A stretch of 64,000 nucleotides of DNA from a virus: positions 1 through 64,000 of IMG/VR virus record IMGVR_UViG_3300032288_001980; one strand, written 5' to 3'. How positions within the stretch are numbered: position 1 is the first letter of the stretch; each line of letters starts with the position of its first letter. The notes beneath the pieces are model-generated. The model was not told the origin of the DNA, made no database searches, and saw nothing but the letters and a program-made list of their open reading frames with translations. Position numbers and translations under genes: made by a program. Positions 18,601 to 27,686 of the stretch are shown here, one piece after another.

Positions 18601-20691
18601 ACAATTGATTTAACAACAACGCCTGCACGTATGAAGTTCAACGGTGTGTTGACCGCTGATAAGATTATTGCAGGTAACTTAGGTGATGTTATTGGTCTAG
18701 GTAGCAACAACGTTCAGCTAGATGGACCTAATAGAAAAATTGTTGTTAACGACGGAACATATGACCGTGTTGTAATTGGACAAATCAGCAGTAACGTATA
18801 CGGTATTCAAATCAAAGACAATACTGGTAAAACAATTATTACCAGTGGTGGCCAGCTAGGATCTGATATTACTGTTCAAGGCAGTACAGTACCACTAGGT
18901 ACGTTGGCTAACAATGCCGCAGTTCCAGCTATTAACTACATTGGTGCTTTTAGTAGTGCTCCTAACGTCAATCAATACAGCGTTAATGCTGTATACAAAA
19001 ACACAACCGACGGTAATAGTTATATTTTAGTAAGTAATAGCGGAGTATACAGTTGGACTGTTTATTTGACTAAAGGTACAGATGGTGCCGCAGGCGCTCA
19101 AGGACCAGCAGGACCAACGGGTGCTACAGGTGCTACAGGACCAGCTGGAGCCGCAGGCACTAACGCTAAGGCATTGTTCGTAACAAGCACAAGCCAAGTA
19201 TTCCAAGTTACCAAAACAGGTTCTAATAGTCCAGCTAGTGTGACATTCACAGCAACTCCTGCTGGTGCGCTAACTGGTACTGCAACATGGTCAGTGACTT
19301 CTGGTACAGCTACATTAACTGGTGTTGGCAATACACGTACATTGACTTATGCTAACATGAGCACAGATGCTGTTACTGTACAAGCAAGTATCACTGATGC
19401 CAGCGGTACATATACTGACAGTATAACAGTTGTTAAAGTTCGCGAAGGTACAGATGGTGCTAACGGAGCCGCTGGTCAAGCAGGCGTGACTGCATTCTTA
19501 ACTAACGAAGCCGCAACTATTGCAGCCGCGGCAGACGGTACAGTTGGATCTTTTAGTGGTGTTAACACTGACATTAAAGTATATGTCGGTTTATCAGATG
19601 ATACTTCAAACTGGACCGTTACTAGAACAAACAGTACTGGCGTTACAAGTACATTAAGTGGCTCTAACGTTGCTATTACTGCAATGACTGTCGATAGCGG
19701 TTACGTTGACATTACAGCTACTAAGAGTGGAACTACTGTAACTAAACGATTTACATTAGCTAAATCTAAGACAGGTGCCAGTGGCGCCGCAGGTGCAACA
19801 GGCGCTACAGGTGCAACAGGCGCTAGCGGAGCTCCTGCAATAACTAGTTATTTGACTAACGAAAGTGTAACTATTAGCTGTGATTCCAGTGGTAATACTT
19901 TAAGTGGTGCATTAGCCAATGCTGTTACATCCATGAAGGTAATCAACGGTACTACAGATGATACTGCAAACTGGAGTTTCAGTGCTAGCCCTGCTAGCTC
20001 GGCCAGCACAGCTCAATGGACACTAAGTGGCAGTCAGTTGACAATTAACAGTTTTAGCAATACAATTGATACACATGGTGTTACAATTACAGCTACACGC
20101 AGTGGTTATCCTTCACTGAGCAAAGTCTTTACTTTAAGTAAGAGCAAACAGGGAGCCGCAGGTGCTACTGGTGCTACTGGACCAACTGGTTCAACAGGTG
20201 CCGCAGGCGCACGTGGTACTATGCAGTTCTATATTCCAATCGCAGGAGCTACCAGCTGGAGTGATACGCAGGCTAACAGCGCCACAACAAGTTATGGTGG
20301 CAACAAAGTAAATGATACAGTTACTCAATATAACAGTAACGGCGGATGGAGTGAAACACGTTTTTGGAATGGTAGTGCATGGGTAGCACCCGGACAAGTT
20401 ATTGATGGTAACCTGTTAGTAACAGGCACCATTGGTGCTGCCAAAATTTCAGCTAATGCTATTACCGCGGAAAAGATTGCCACTGATGCAATTACTGCTG
20501 ACAAAATCTCAGCCAATGCTATTACAGCGGCCAAAATTAGTGCTGGTGCTATTACTGCTGACAAGTTAACAGTTTCCAATCTATCCGCAGTTAGTGCGGC
20601 TATGGGTACTTTAACTTCTGGTAGAATTCAAAGCCCGGACGGCAGTTTTGTAATTGATTTTACTAATAAGTATATAAACATTACAGTTTAA
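15616..20691 (+). CDS. Giant tail fibre / host-specificity protein (1691 aa)
   Basis: N-terminal ENFAS..PTNPLAGQLWY attachment module, Gly16 hinge, long Ala/Thr/Gln helical repeats, gpJ/DUF1983-like YAIKVDNNGYISGFGL, collagen G-X-Y linkers, ITAxKI C-terminal repeats. Confidence 0.88.
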   Translation: MAYIINLTDGSVLLTVQDGEINESTSVALVGRNATTYGEKVMENTVHMLENFASSTAPTNPLAGQLWYRKDVDDPKLSGLKVYDQGSWRTLGKITVSSSLPQDDPGYTPVIGDMWFSPSTGNLYAWYTKDGSTNFHLVTGGGGGGGGGGGGGGGGIDLPTLLTLLDGALTENQLADSFIQDLNQKFADEAQNRIAGLAAEAQNRVSAINAEAAARNTALQQETNARNNAIAAESQARALALAAEATTRNQQIVTEANARIAGITAEAQNRATALAAEATARNTAITNQASTFNAALAAEAAARGAAITTEQQQRQTATDSLAQQITTLTASVNNSVAGLQTTQNTQATAISAQAQQITQLTARTSTAEANIIAETTARTTADTSLTNQINTLSASVGANAAAIQTEQTARANAVESLAEQITTLSASTDDSIAQLQDQITAVTGGDSSLVQTVQTLVAQTAANTSAITNEQSARTNADSSLTNQINTLSATTAGNTAAIQAEATARSNGDETLTTQINNQAAQFNTSLAGIQSIQTSQASDLNALATDIQTLTASVGTANAAIQTEASTRASADTSLANQITTISSSFGNSIAELQTQINTMTGSDTSLVQQLNTLTAAVGTNATAITTEATSRATADSALSTRIDTLQSTVDGNTAAITAEATTRATSDSSLTTQINAAVAKADNALAGIVTEAQTRASADNALSTQITTLSSEVDDAFAAIQTEATTRANADSSLSQQITTLTSSTNTSLAQVNTNIQTETTAREALASQVTTLSTSVANAQTAIQNEVTARTSADSALTQSINLLGSVVDQNTAAIQAEQTARSDAISSLATSVNSLVASSGSKIYRQSTSPNTGIAKEGDLWFDTSNGNRAYYFNSSTNQWVVTDDTRIAATAAGLVTEQTARTTADSALSSQITTLTSTVNGHSTSIQTLASTTDGLSAQYAIKVDNNGYISGFGLASTSANGTPTSAFVIQADTFSLYKAGAASPIAPFTIDLTTTPARMKFNGVLTADKIIAGNLGDVIGLGSNNVQLDGPNRKIVVNDGTYDRVVIGQISSNVYGIQIKDNTGKTIITSGGQLGSDITVQGSTVPLGTLANNAAVPAINYIGAFSSAPNVNQYSVNAVYKNTTDGNSYILVSNSGVYSWTVYLTKGTDGAAGAQGPAGPTGATGATGPAGAAGTNAKALFVTSTSQVFQVTKTGSNSPASVTFTATPAGALTGTATWSVTSGTATLTGVGNTRTLTYANMSTDAVTVQASITDASGTYTDSITVVKVREGTDGANGAAGQAGVTAFLTNEAATIAAAADGTVGSFSGVNTDIKVYVGLSDDTSNWTVTRTNSTGVTSTLSGSNVAITAMTVDSGYVDITATKSGTTVTKRFTLAKSKTGASGAAGATGATGATGASGAPAITSYLTNESVTISCDSSGNTLSGALANAVTSMKVINGTTDDTANWSFSASPASSASTAQWTLSGSQLTINSFSNTIDTHGVTITATRSGYPSLSKVFTLSKSKQGAAGATGATGPTGSTGAAGARGTMQFYIPIAGATSWSDTQANSATTSYGGNKVNDTVTQYNSNGGWSETRFWNGSAWVAPGQVIDGNLLVTGTIGAAKISANAITAEKIATDAITADKISANAITAAKISAGAITADKLTVSNLSAVSAAMGTLTSGRIQSPDGSFVIDFTNKYINITV
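16033..16080 (+). repeat. 16 consecutive Gly codons containing a 17-bp direct repeat
   Basis: GGCGGTGGAGGAGGTGG at 16042-16058 and 16063-16079. Confidence 0.9.
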
Positions 20692-20702
20692 GGCACAGAC
20701 AA

Positions 20703-21371
20703 ATGAATATTGAATTAGTAAACGGATTAATCAACGAAGTAGCGACTCAATACTCTCAGCGAGAGAAAGTATACTTAAAAAACGTTAACGGCGATGCTGA
20801 AGTAGTTGAACTTCAACCAGCAGATGATGACTTGATAGCTACAGTATATCCAGTTGATGCGCTACATCCTGGATCAATTGTCAACGTCACCGGCGACGAA
20901 AACAAATATATAAACGGTCGTCCTTTAGTTGTATACTGTAAAGGTACAACAATGTATGATTTTAGTATTCCTTTGGAATATCAAATGAATCCTCCATATA
21001 CAGGACGTCCTTTTATACATCGTAAGTGGGACTGTTTTACACTACTTAGAGATTATTATAAAAGAGAATTAAACATTGACATGCCGCCCGTGGAATACTT
21101 TGACGAATGGTGGAACAAAGGTGAAAACTTTTATTTGAATACCAGCGGTGTAGCGGGATTCTACCCTGTTACTAGTTTACAGAAACACGATGTAATTGCT
21201 ATGCGTTTAGGTAGTCATGTTTTTAATCATAGTGCAATTTACCTAGGCGATAATAAAATTTTACATCATGTGGGTGGAAAGTTTAGTTGTATTGAAACTA
21301 TTAGACCAGCTTACATGAGAATGATGTTTGGTTATTTTAGACACAAGGATCTAGCAGTACAAAATGGCTAA
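20703..21371 (+). CDS. NlpC/P60 domain protein, lambda gpK-like tail-tip assembly protein
   Basis: GRPFIHRKWDCFTLLRDYY (Cys) and NHSAIYLGDNKILHH (His); N-terminal part lacks a clear JAB HxH motif. Confidence 0.85.
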   Translation: MNIELVNGLINEVATQYSQREKVYLKNVNGDAEVVELQPADDDLIATVYPVDALHPGSIVNVTGDENKYINGRPLVVYCKGTTMYDFSIPLEYQMNPPYTGRPFIHRKWDCFTLLRDYYKRELNIDMPPVEYFDEWWNKGENFYLNTSGVAGFYPVTSLQKHDVIAMRLGSHVFNHSAIYLGDNKILHHVGGKFSCIETIRPAYMRMMFGYFRHKDLAVQNG

Positions 21372-22812
21372 AACTCTTTTTATGGGTAGACATACTGATG
21401 GTAATGTCTACACAGTTATCTATTCAGGAACAAACGGTACTGGTACACAGGACCTTATTGCCAACCCTTTAAATCGTATCAACGAAGTATTTTTTCACAG
21501 TAGCTTTGGTTATTTAAAATCAAATACTGCGGGTACATATACAATTACTTTACCTGCTAGATCATCAACGCAGGTCAGTGGAAAGAAAAAAGGCAGAACT
21601 GTAACACAACCAAGTTTCGGATCCGCACAATATACTTTAACAACTACTAATTATACAGCCGGTGGGTTCCCTCCTAACATTATTGCTGTTGAAACTAATC
21701 TAAATAGAACAATTACCGGTACTACTGTGGTACAACAACCTGCTCCAGAAACTATTAGATATATCACTATAGGTGCTGACGCCAGCGGAGTATATTTAGA
21801 CGAACAATATTTTGCTTATACAACTGCGTTGCCTTCGATAACACTAACATTAAAAGTTTATGTTATTACTAATCCCGTTGAACAAACCGATCCTAATCGT
21901 GCTGTGCGAATTGAACCCGGCGTAGTTAAAGTCAACAACGGAGTGTTCAACAGTGATTTAGGTTATGTCAAAGTCAAGTCCGGCTACAGTCTCGGAGGAT
22001 CAGTTAGTTCTTATACTGAAACTTCTAACAGCTATTATGAAGAACAAGGCGCACTACGCAGAGTATGGAAAGTTAACTTAAAGCAAGCAGAGTTAAATAT
22101 AGGATGGGACGCCTTTGAACGTTACGATGGCATCAAAGAAGGTATTTGGTTTAAAGATACTACAACAGCCATTTCTACTTTAGAAGGACAAACATCTTGG
22201 TATAATCCTGCAGACGGTTGGACTTACTACAGGGGAACACAAGTTGAAGACACACATGACTTTGATTATACTTACGAAGTATGGGCTCTTAAGAGAAATA
22301 CTACAACGGGTGTTTACTTTGATCCTTCGGTAGAAGGTAACTGGTTTTATTCAAAAACTTACAGTAGATCAACTAAAATTGGCCCCGACGAAATCGACTG
22401 GAAAGATGCTCAAGGACAAGCATTGGCCTATGGGCCGCCCAGTAAGCTAGCATTGGCTGGGGCTACATATGGACAAAGTAACGGCAGTAGCACAAGTTTA
22501 GTTAATGGTAGACCTTTCCTTGGTATTGCTATGAGCGGTCCTAATGCTGGAAGAAATTTTAGCTGGAGACTAATCGGCATAATTGATAAAGGTACAATGA
22601 CTAGAGGATATCGAGTATATCGTAGTCGTAATGTACCGGTTAATACTGGTCGAGCAGGCGCGGCATTTGTTAACGGACCAACTGTTAACTTAGTTAATAC
22701 CCCAGGCGGAGTAAGTACAGGTGTAGCATTTTTCTATGATGGTATTCAAAATGCCTACGGTGATGTGGTTGGTTATCCAACAAACACAGTATTTGGAGCC
22801 AAATTAATATGA
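21364..22812 (+). CDS. Tail-associated beta-rich structural protein
   Basis: Thr/Gly/Tyr-rich; FFHSSFGYL and FNSDLGYV internal repeat; follows the fibre operon. Confidence 0.65.
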   Translation: MAKTLFMGRHTDGNVYTVIYSGTNGTGTQDLIANPLNRINEVFFHSSFGYLKSNTAGTYTITLPARSSTQVSGKKKGRTVTQPSFGSAQYTLTTTNYTAGGFPPNIIAVETNLNRTITGTTVVQQPAPETIRYITIGADASGVYLDEQYFAYTTALPSITLTLKVYVITNPVEQTDPNRAVRIEPGVVKVNNGVFNSDLGYVKVKSGYSLGGSVSSYTETSNSYYEEQGALRRVWKVNLKQAELNIGWDAFERYDGIKEGIWFKDTTTAISTLEGQTSWYNPADGWTYYRGTQVEDTHDFDYTYEVWALKRNTTTGVYFDPSVEGNWFYSKTYSRSTKIGPDEIDWKDAQGQALAYGPPSKLALAGATYGQSNGSSTSLVNGRPFLGIAMSGPNAGRNFSWRLIGIIDKGTMTRGYRVYRSRNVPVNTGRAGAAFVNGPTVNLVNTPGGVSTGVAFFYDGIQNAYGDVVGYPTNTVFGAKLI

Positions 22813-23363
22813 GTTTTATTACGCAATCCGATAGAATTTATATTAGCAGTGGTTCGGGTGCCAATGCGGTAGTTAAATATGATACCTACGAACCACATCC
22901 TATTGTTTATAGCAGAGTAAACGGTACTCTTAGTTATTCTAATTCTGTCAGTAGTTACACATTTACTATTCCAGGCAGAGAAGGATACGGTACAGAAACC
23001 AGATACACTGCCACTGGCATAGATACTATATCTACCATTTATACAGCACCTGCCGGAGTAACGGTTGACTTTTGTATAAGTTCTGTTAGACTAACAAGTA
23101 GCAATGCCGCTGGCACGCCTAATACTTACTATTATTGGAGGATGCCAACTAATAGGTGGTATGCGGCCAATGGCAGTATTTTAGTAGACCAAGCAGTACA
23201 GCAAAATGGTAAACTGGAACGTGCTAGTCAATTGACTATATACACAGCCGGCAATCAAGCATTTTTGAGATTTCAAAGATCTCAATACAGCGATGATGCT
23301 AATGCGGTTCATTCATATACATTTGAATACAATGTAATGGTATGCAAGGTTAAGGAAACCTAA
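22809..23363 (+). CDS. Tail-associated protein
   Basis: Ser/Thr/Tyr-rich beta composition; ATGA overlap. Confidence 0.6.
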   Translation: MSFITQSDRIYISSGSGANAVVKYDTYEPHPIVYSRVNGTLSYSNSVSSYTFTIPGREGYGTETRYTATGIDTISTIYTAPAGVTVDFCISSVRLTSSNAAGTPNTYYYWRMPTNRWYAANGSILVDQAVQQNGKLERASQLTIYTAGNQAFLRFQRSQYSDDANAVHSYTFEYNVMVCKVKET

Positions 23364-23374
23364 TAGGAGTAATT

Positions 23375-23674
23375 ATGATTGAGATTAGAAAAATCGAAAA
23401 CGATTTTATCAACAAAATAACTGTAGCTACAGTAGATATTTACGAAGTACTAAGTGGTATACAACGTTTGCGCGATACATTTGTTATCCAGTTAGACGGT
23501 GTATTAGATATCTCTGACAGCAGTCTAGTTGATTTAATTTACGGAAAATTAAGTGATATTGGTTACGAAATTGTGGTACAAACCAATGCACCTTATAACC
23601 AGCCTGCACCTACTAGTGGTAGCGGCGGTATCAGTGACCCTGTTGAAGTACCTCCAGGCGCAGATAACCCGTAA
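23375..23674 (+). CDS. Hypothetical protein, possibly a fibre chaperone
   Basis: AGGAG SD; end of the tail cluster. Confidence 0.65.
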   Translation: MIEIRKIENDFINKITVATVDIYEVLSGIQRLRDTFVIQLDGVLDISDSSLVDLIYGKLSDIGYEIVVQTNAPYNQPAPTSGSGGISDPVEVPPGADNP

Positions 23675-23685
23675 TAAGGACAGAA

Positions 23686-24606
23686 ATGAAGACTTATTAT
23701 TTGCCTTGTAGATGTCACTACGATCCTTTTTGGAAAAGCCTGTGCAATTTGTACGGCGGTAACATCCTTGACCGTACTAATACATTGACTTTTGGCGATT
23801 TTGCTTATAAGACTCTTACTCCTATTCCCGCAATGACTACTATGACTACTAGATTTTCTGATTTGTGTGATCAGCGAGCAGAAGAACTAGGAGCACTAGC
23901 AGAATTAAACAATTGCAAAATCAATTTAATGTGGAGTGGCGGCATTGATAGTACTACAGCGGCAGTTAGTTTTCTTAAAAACGAGCGAACAAGACCACGT
24001 TTAGTTATTTTATTACAAGACAAAAGTATTGGAGAATATCCAGAGTTTTACAATTTATTGCAACGAGAAAACGTAGTATGCAAATTAGTGCCAGATGCTA
24101 AAAAACTACTAAGTCTCAAAGACATTAACATTACTGGAGAAATTGGTGATCAATTATTTGGTAGTGCGGCATTCTTTGACGCTTGGAAAGTGGGCAAACT
24201 TTTTAGCAAGCCACAAGATTACTTTAGTCCCGAGCTATGGGAAGCACTACAACCACAGCTAGTTCATGCACCTTACGAACTAAAAGAAACCAAAGACGTC
24301 ATGTGGTGGATTAACTTTAGCATGAAATATCAAAACGTACAGTTAAGAATTTATCCTAGTGTAATGCTACCATGGGGAGGCATTGTACATTACTTTGATA
24401 CAGATTATTTCCAATTATGGAGTATGAATAATCCCGATAGTAAAATTCGCGACACTTTAGAAAGTTACAAGTGGCCAGCCAAAGATTATATCTACGAATA
24501 TACCAAGGATGGATTTTATAGAGACAATAAACTCAAAGTAGGCAGTTTAAAAATAGGACCAGTTAAATGTTCTATTGATGAAAATTTTAAATATGAGGTA
24601 TGCTAA
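23686..24606 (+). CDS. PP-loop ATP pyrophosphatase (asparagine-synthetase C-domain-like), paralogue 1
   Basis: MWSGGIDST PP-loop; ITGEIGDQLFG; no glutaminase domain. Confidence 0.75.
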   Translation: MKTYYLPCRCHYDPFWKSLCNLYGGNILDRTNTLTFGDFAYKTLTPIPAMTTMTTRFSDLCDQRAEELGALAELNNCKINLMWSGGIDSTTAAVSFLKNERTRPRLVILLQDKSIGEYPEFYNLLQRENVVCKLVPDAKKLLSLKDINITGEIGDQLFGSAAFFDAWKVGKLFSKPQDYFSPELWEALQPQLVHAPYELKETKDVMWWINFSMKYQNVQLRIYPSVMLPWGGIVHYFDTDYFQLWSMNNPDSKIRDTLESYKWPAKDYIYEYTKDGFYRDNKLKVGSLKIGPVKCSIDENFKYEVC

Positions 24607-25799
24607 TGGCAGTTAATGAAACTTATCAACAATTTGTTAGAAAAGTCAGCAAAGGCACCGGTTATTCTAACAATGAAGTTATCGAACAAATTAATTCTCT
24701 AGACAAAGACAGTGAAGATTATCAAGAACTGTTAACTAGAGCGTTGGTACTATTGGCTACAAAAAAGCCATTGGTTACTCCACTTGTTAAAATTGCAGGC
24801 AATACTGCTTGGATGCAGTATATGAAAAGTAATGGTATTGACACCAAAGCTAGTACAATGGCCAATACTATTAAAATGATAGATAAAAGTCCTATTAACC
24901 AGTGGATCATTAACTTGTATGAAGAAAACTGGGGCAATACAAGAATGTTTGTTAACTATATTAACGGACTAAGATCAAATAACAAAATTCCTTACCTGCA
25001 TATTTTATTAAAGAGTCTATATAAATCGGCGTATGATGAAGGTAAGTTAGAAACCGAACAACAATTAAAAGACTTGATGGCCAGAGAAGACTTGATCGAC
25101 ATTGTAGTTAGAACTAGTATGAATAGTGGCGGTCTAAAAAAGATTTCCGGTGAAACTGCAACCAATACCGGAATATATAAATGGGTTACAGAAAGTGGCG
25201 ATTTTAAGGTATTACATCATGCTATTGCTAATGCAGAAGCCGCATATGATTTAGGCGGCGGCTATGCTACTCCGGCACTGAGCATTCAATTTAATAAAGT
25301 ATTAACATCCCTGGACCTAATTGATCCTAAGTCTGCCAGGGACTTGGATGTTGTTAGTTTAAATATTGACTCTGACTTACAAATAAGTCCTAGAGAATAT
25401 CTAAACTTATTAGACAGTCAAAGATGGCAAGAATTTGATGTCTTTATCAATCACATCGATCCTAGTTATAACAGCTACTTCATTACTAGCTTTGGTTTTG
25501 CAACTAGTACAGTAGTCGGTCTCGAAGGCAAAACATGGATTGATACTACTTACAATGCTATTAAATGTATTGCTGAATTAATTGCCATGGGCAAAGACGT
25601 TTATTTTATATTGTATGGCAGACCTACTACTAGAATACATCAAAATAAAGTTATAGGCATGAGATTCTTCAACAAAGAATTAGTGGATGTTGAAATATAT
25701 CAAGATCCGTTTAGTACTGATACCAAATATGTTTTTGGTACTAATTCTACATTAGGTAATACTACGGCCCGCGGGTCAAACCTTGATTTTATTCGATAA
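24600..25799 (+). CDS. Hypothetical protein, possible C-terminal SAM-dependent methyltransferase-like fold
   Basis: AYDLGGGY followed by SLDLID resembles methyltransferase motifs I and II; weak. Confidence 0.45.
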   Translation: MLMAVNETYQQFVRKVSKGTGYSNNEVIEQINSLDKDSEDYQELLTRALVLLATKKPLVTPLVKIAGNTAWMQYMKSNGIDTKASTMANTIKMIDKSPINQWIINLYEENWGNTRMFVNYINGLRSNNKIPYLHILLKSLYKSAYDEGKLETEQQLKDLMAREDLIDIVVRTSMNSGGLKKISGETATNTGIYKWVTESGDFKVLHHAIANAEAAYDLGGGYATPALSIQFNKVLTSLDLIDPKSARDLDVVSLNIDSDLQISPREYLNLLDSQRWQEFDVFINHIDPSYNSYFITSFGFATSTVVGLEGKTWIDTTYNAIKCIAELIAMGKDVYFILYGRPTTRIHQNKVIGMRFFNKELVDVEIYQDPFSTDTKYVFGTNSTLGNTTARGSNLDFIR

Positions 25800-25807
25800 A
25801 ATAAATC
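25786..25807 (+). repeat. 22-bp direct repeat, copy 1 (internally palindromic)
   Basis: ATTTTATTCGATAAAATAAATC; identical copy at 25985-26006. Confidence 0.92.
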
Positions 25808-25812
25808 AAAAT

Positions 25813-25962
25813 TTATAAACGCTGACTATACACGCAAGCTCTCCAATCGTTGGTGTGACGGACTACACCTTGTGCAGAGCAAGTTTCTCTGGCAAGTTCC
25901 AAAGCAGTAGGACTGGTACATGCGGCAAGTAATAAAAACGAAATAAGGATAGTGAATTTCAT
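25813..25962 (-). CDS. Unlisted 49-aa lipoprotein
   Basis: MKFTILISFLLLAAC lipobox; mature part TSPTALELARETCSAQGVVRHTNDWRACVYSQRL with two further Cys. Confidence 0.8.
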   Translation of the reverse strand: MKFTILISFLLLAACTSPTALELARETCSAQGVVRHTNDWRACVYSQRL

Positions 25963-25984
25963 CCTGTACTTATGCCAAATTTCA

Positions 25985-26006
25985 ATTTTATTCGATAAAA
26001 TAAATC
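25985..26006 (+). repeat. 22-bp direct repeat, copy 2
   Basis: ATTTTATTCGATAAAATAAATC, 199 bp from copy 1. Confidence 0.92.
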
Positions 26007-26056
26007 TTGACTACTCAGTGTCTAGTGTGTATAATTTTACTACTAGACACTTTTTT
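26007..26056 (+). promoter_or_regulatory. sigma70 promoter whose -10 box lies in the loop of a 10-bp inverted repeat followed by T6
   Basis: TTGACT 26007-26012, TATAAT 26030-26035; AGTGTCTAGT 26017-26026 / ACTAGACACT 26042-26051. Confidence 0.75.
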
Positions 26057-26067
26057 ACGGGCTGACA

Positions 26068-27012
26068 ATGGATCAAACAAAAGAACTTAAACAACTATGG
26101 GTCGAAAAATATCGTCCTAAGACTATGGACGATTATGTGTGGATCGATAATAATCAAAAATCAATGATTGAAAGTTGGATCAAAGAACGTTATCTTCCGC
26201 AACTATTACTAAGCGGTGCAGCCGGTACAGGTAAAACTACTCTAGCCAAAGTACTTATTAATGCACTTAACGTTGAGCCTGCAGATGTGTTGATTATCAA
26301 TGCCAGTCGCGATAACAACGTTGATACTGTACGTAATAAAATTACTAACTTTGGTCAAACAATGCCCTTTGGCGATTTTAAGATTATTTTGTTAGACGAA
26401 GCAGACTATCTAAGTCCTAACGCACAGGCCGCACTTCGCGGTGTCATGGAACAGTATGCTAATATTGTACGTTTCATTATTACCTGTAACTATCCACAAA
26501 AGATCATTCCTGCACTACACAGTCGTTGTCAGACATTTAACTTTAGAAGTCTTAATGAAGATGACTTTTTTGTTTATGTACTTAAAATTATTGTACAAGA
26601 GCAAGTAGTAGCCGATGAAGATACTATTAAAGCCTTTATCAAAGCTCATTATCCCGACCTTCGTAAAACTATCAATGCTATCCAACAGCATAGTACTACC
26701 GGAACATTGATCCTTCCCAGTGTAGAAGAAGATTCGGGCAAAGATTATAGACTAGAAATGGTTGCATTATTTAGGCAAGGCAAACTTAAAGAAGCCAGAG
26801 CATTGATCTGTAGTCAAATCAGTTTAGACGAATATGAGGACATGTTTAAATTCTTGTATCGCAATTTAGACTTTTGGGGTAGTAGTGACGACCAGCGGGA
26901 CCTAGCTATTCTTAAAATCAGAGAAGGCCTTGTCAATCACAGTATGTGTGCCGATCCAGAAATTAATCTAAGTGCAACACTAGTTGAACTAGAAAGAATT
27001 GCACGTGGTTAA
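26068..27012 (+). CDS. Sliding-clamp loader AAA+ subunit (RFC small/T4 gp44-like)
   Basis: WVEKYRP, GAAGTGKTT Walker A, LDEAD Walker B, SRC motif. Confidence 0.93.
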   Translation: MDQTKELKQLWVEKYRPKTMDDYVWIDNNQKSMIESWIKERYLPQLLLSGAAGTGKTTLAKVLINALNVEPADVLIINASRDNNVDTVRNKITNFGQTMPFGDFKIILLDEADYLSPNAQAALRGVMEQYANIVRFIITCNYPQKIIPALHSRCQTFNFRSLNEDDFFVYVLKIIVQEQVVADEDTIKAFIKAHYPDLRKTINAIQQHSTTGTLILPSVEEDSGKDYRLEMVALFRQGKLKEARALICSQISLDEYEDMFKFLYRNLDFWGSSDDQRDLAILKIREGLVNHSMCADPEINLSATLVELERIARG

Positions 27013-27686
27013 TGTCGTATTCTATTAATCCTTTAACAGTCAATGAACTGACCGATCTTATTGGTAAAGACTTTGTGTCTAATTTCCAAAAGGAAATGGA
27101 CCCTGTTTTACAGCCTTTACGCAAACATATTGCCTTAGGTAGACCTCTTAGCTTAGGCAAAGAACTTTGGGAATATGCAGTAGCCGATGCCATCGATGGT
27201 GCCGAATGGAACGGTGCTGGACATAGCTTAATTGATGTTCGTATAGGGTCAGATATTGGCATCGATGTTAAAAGTGTTAGCAAACAAACAAGAAGCTCTA
27301 ACACTACAGAAGCCAGCATGTTTCAGAATTTTAATCAAGATGCTAAAACACATTTTACCAATAGAAACAGTCAGGGTGTATGGGATATACATGTTGCAGG
27401 TTGGCTAGAGAAAATACAAAACATAAAAGAATATTATCTGTTGGCTATTGTTAGAGACAAAGCTAGCCTAGACTGTAGCTTATGTGGTTTTAAAGCAGAA
27501 AATAATAAACTTGATTACTTGGCAGAGCGATGCACATTTAACAATGCGTCTATGAAAATCTTAGACATTGCTGATCCTGAGTTTATTAATATTAGATACT
27601 ATAACAGCAAAAGCCGTCTTGAAATAACTTTTACTAAAAAATGCTGGACTGATAAAAACTATGCCTTACCAATCTACAGATTCTAA
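27012..27686 (+). CDS. Putative PD-(D/E)xK restriction-endonuclease-like nuclease
   Basis: ELWEYAVADA...IDVRIGSDIGIDVKSV (D-x9-D-x-K). Confidence 0.55.
   Translation: MSYSINPLTVNELTDLIGKDFVSNFQKEMDPVLQPLRKHIALGRPLSLGKELWEYAVADAIDGAEWNGAGHSLIDVRIGSDIGIDVKSVSKQTRSSNTTEASMFQNFNQDAKTHFTNRNSQGVWDIHVAGWLEKIQNIKEYYLLAIVRDKASLDCSLCGFKAENNKLDYLAERCTFNNASMKILDIADPEFINIRYYNSKSRLEITFTKKCWTDKNYALPIYRF

Noticed and set aside
15616-23363. Diversity-generating retroelement or invertase-driven tail-fibre switching
   Set aside because: No reverse transcriptase, template/variable repeat pair, invertase or inverted crossover sites seen in the window
24600-25799. DNA methyltransferase partner for the nuclease at 27012
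   Set aside because: Only a weak DLGGG motif; no PC, DPPY or NPPY catalytic motif, and it is separated from the nuclease by other genes
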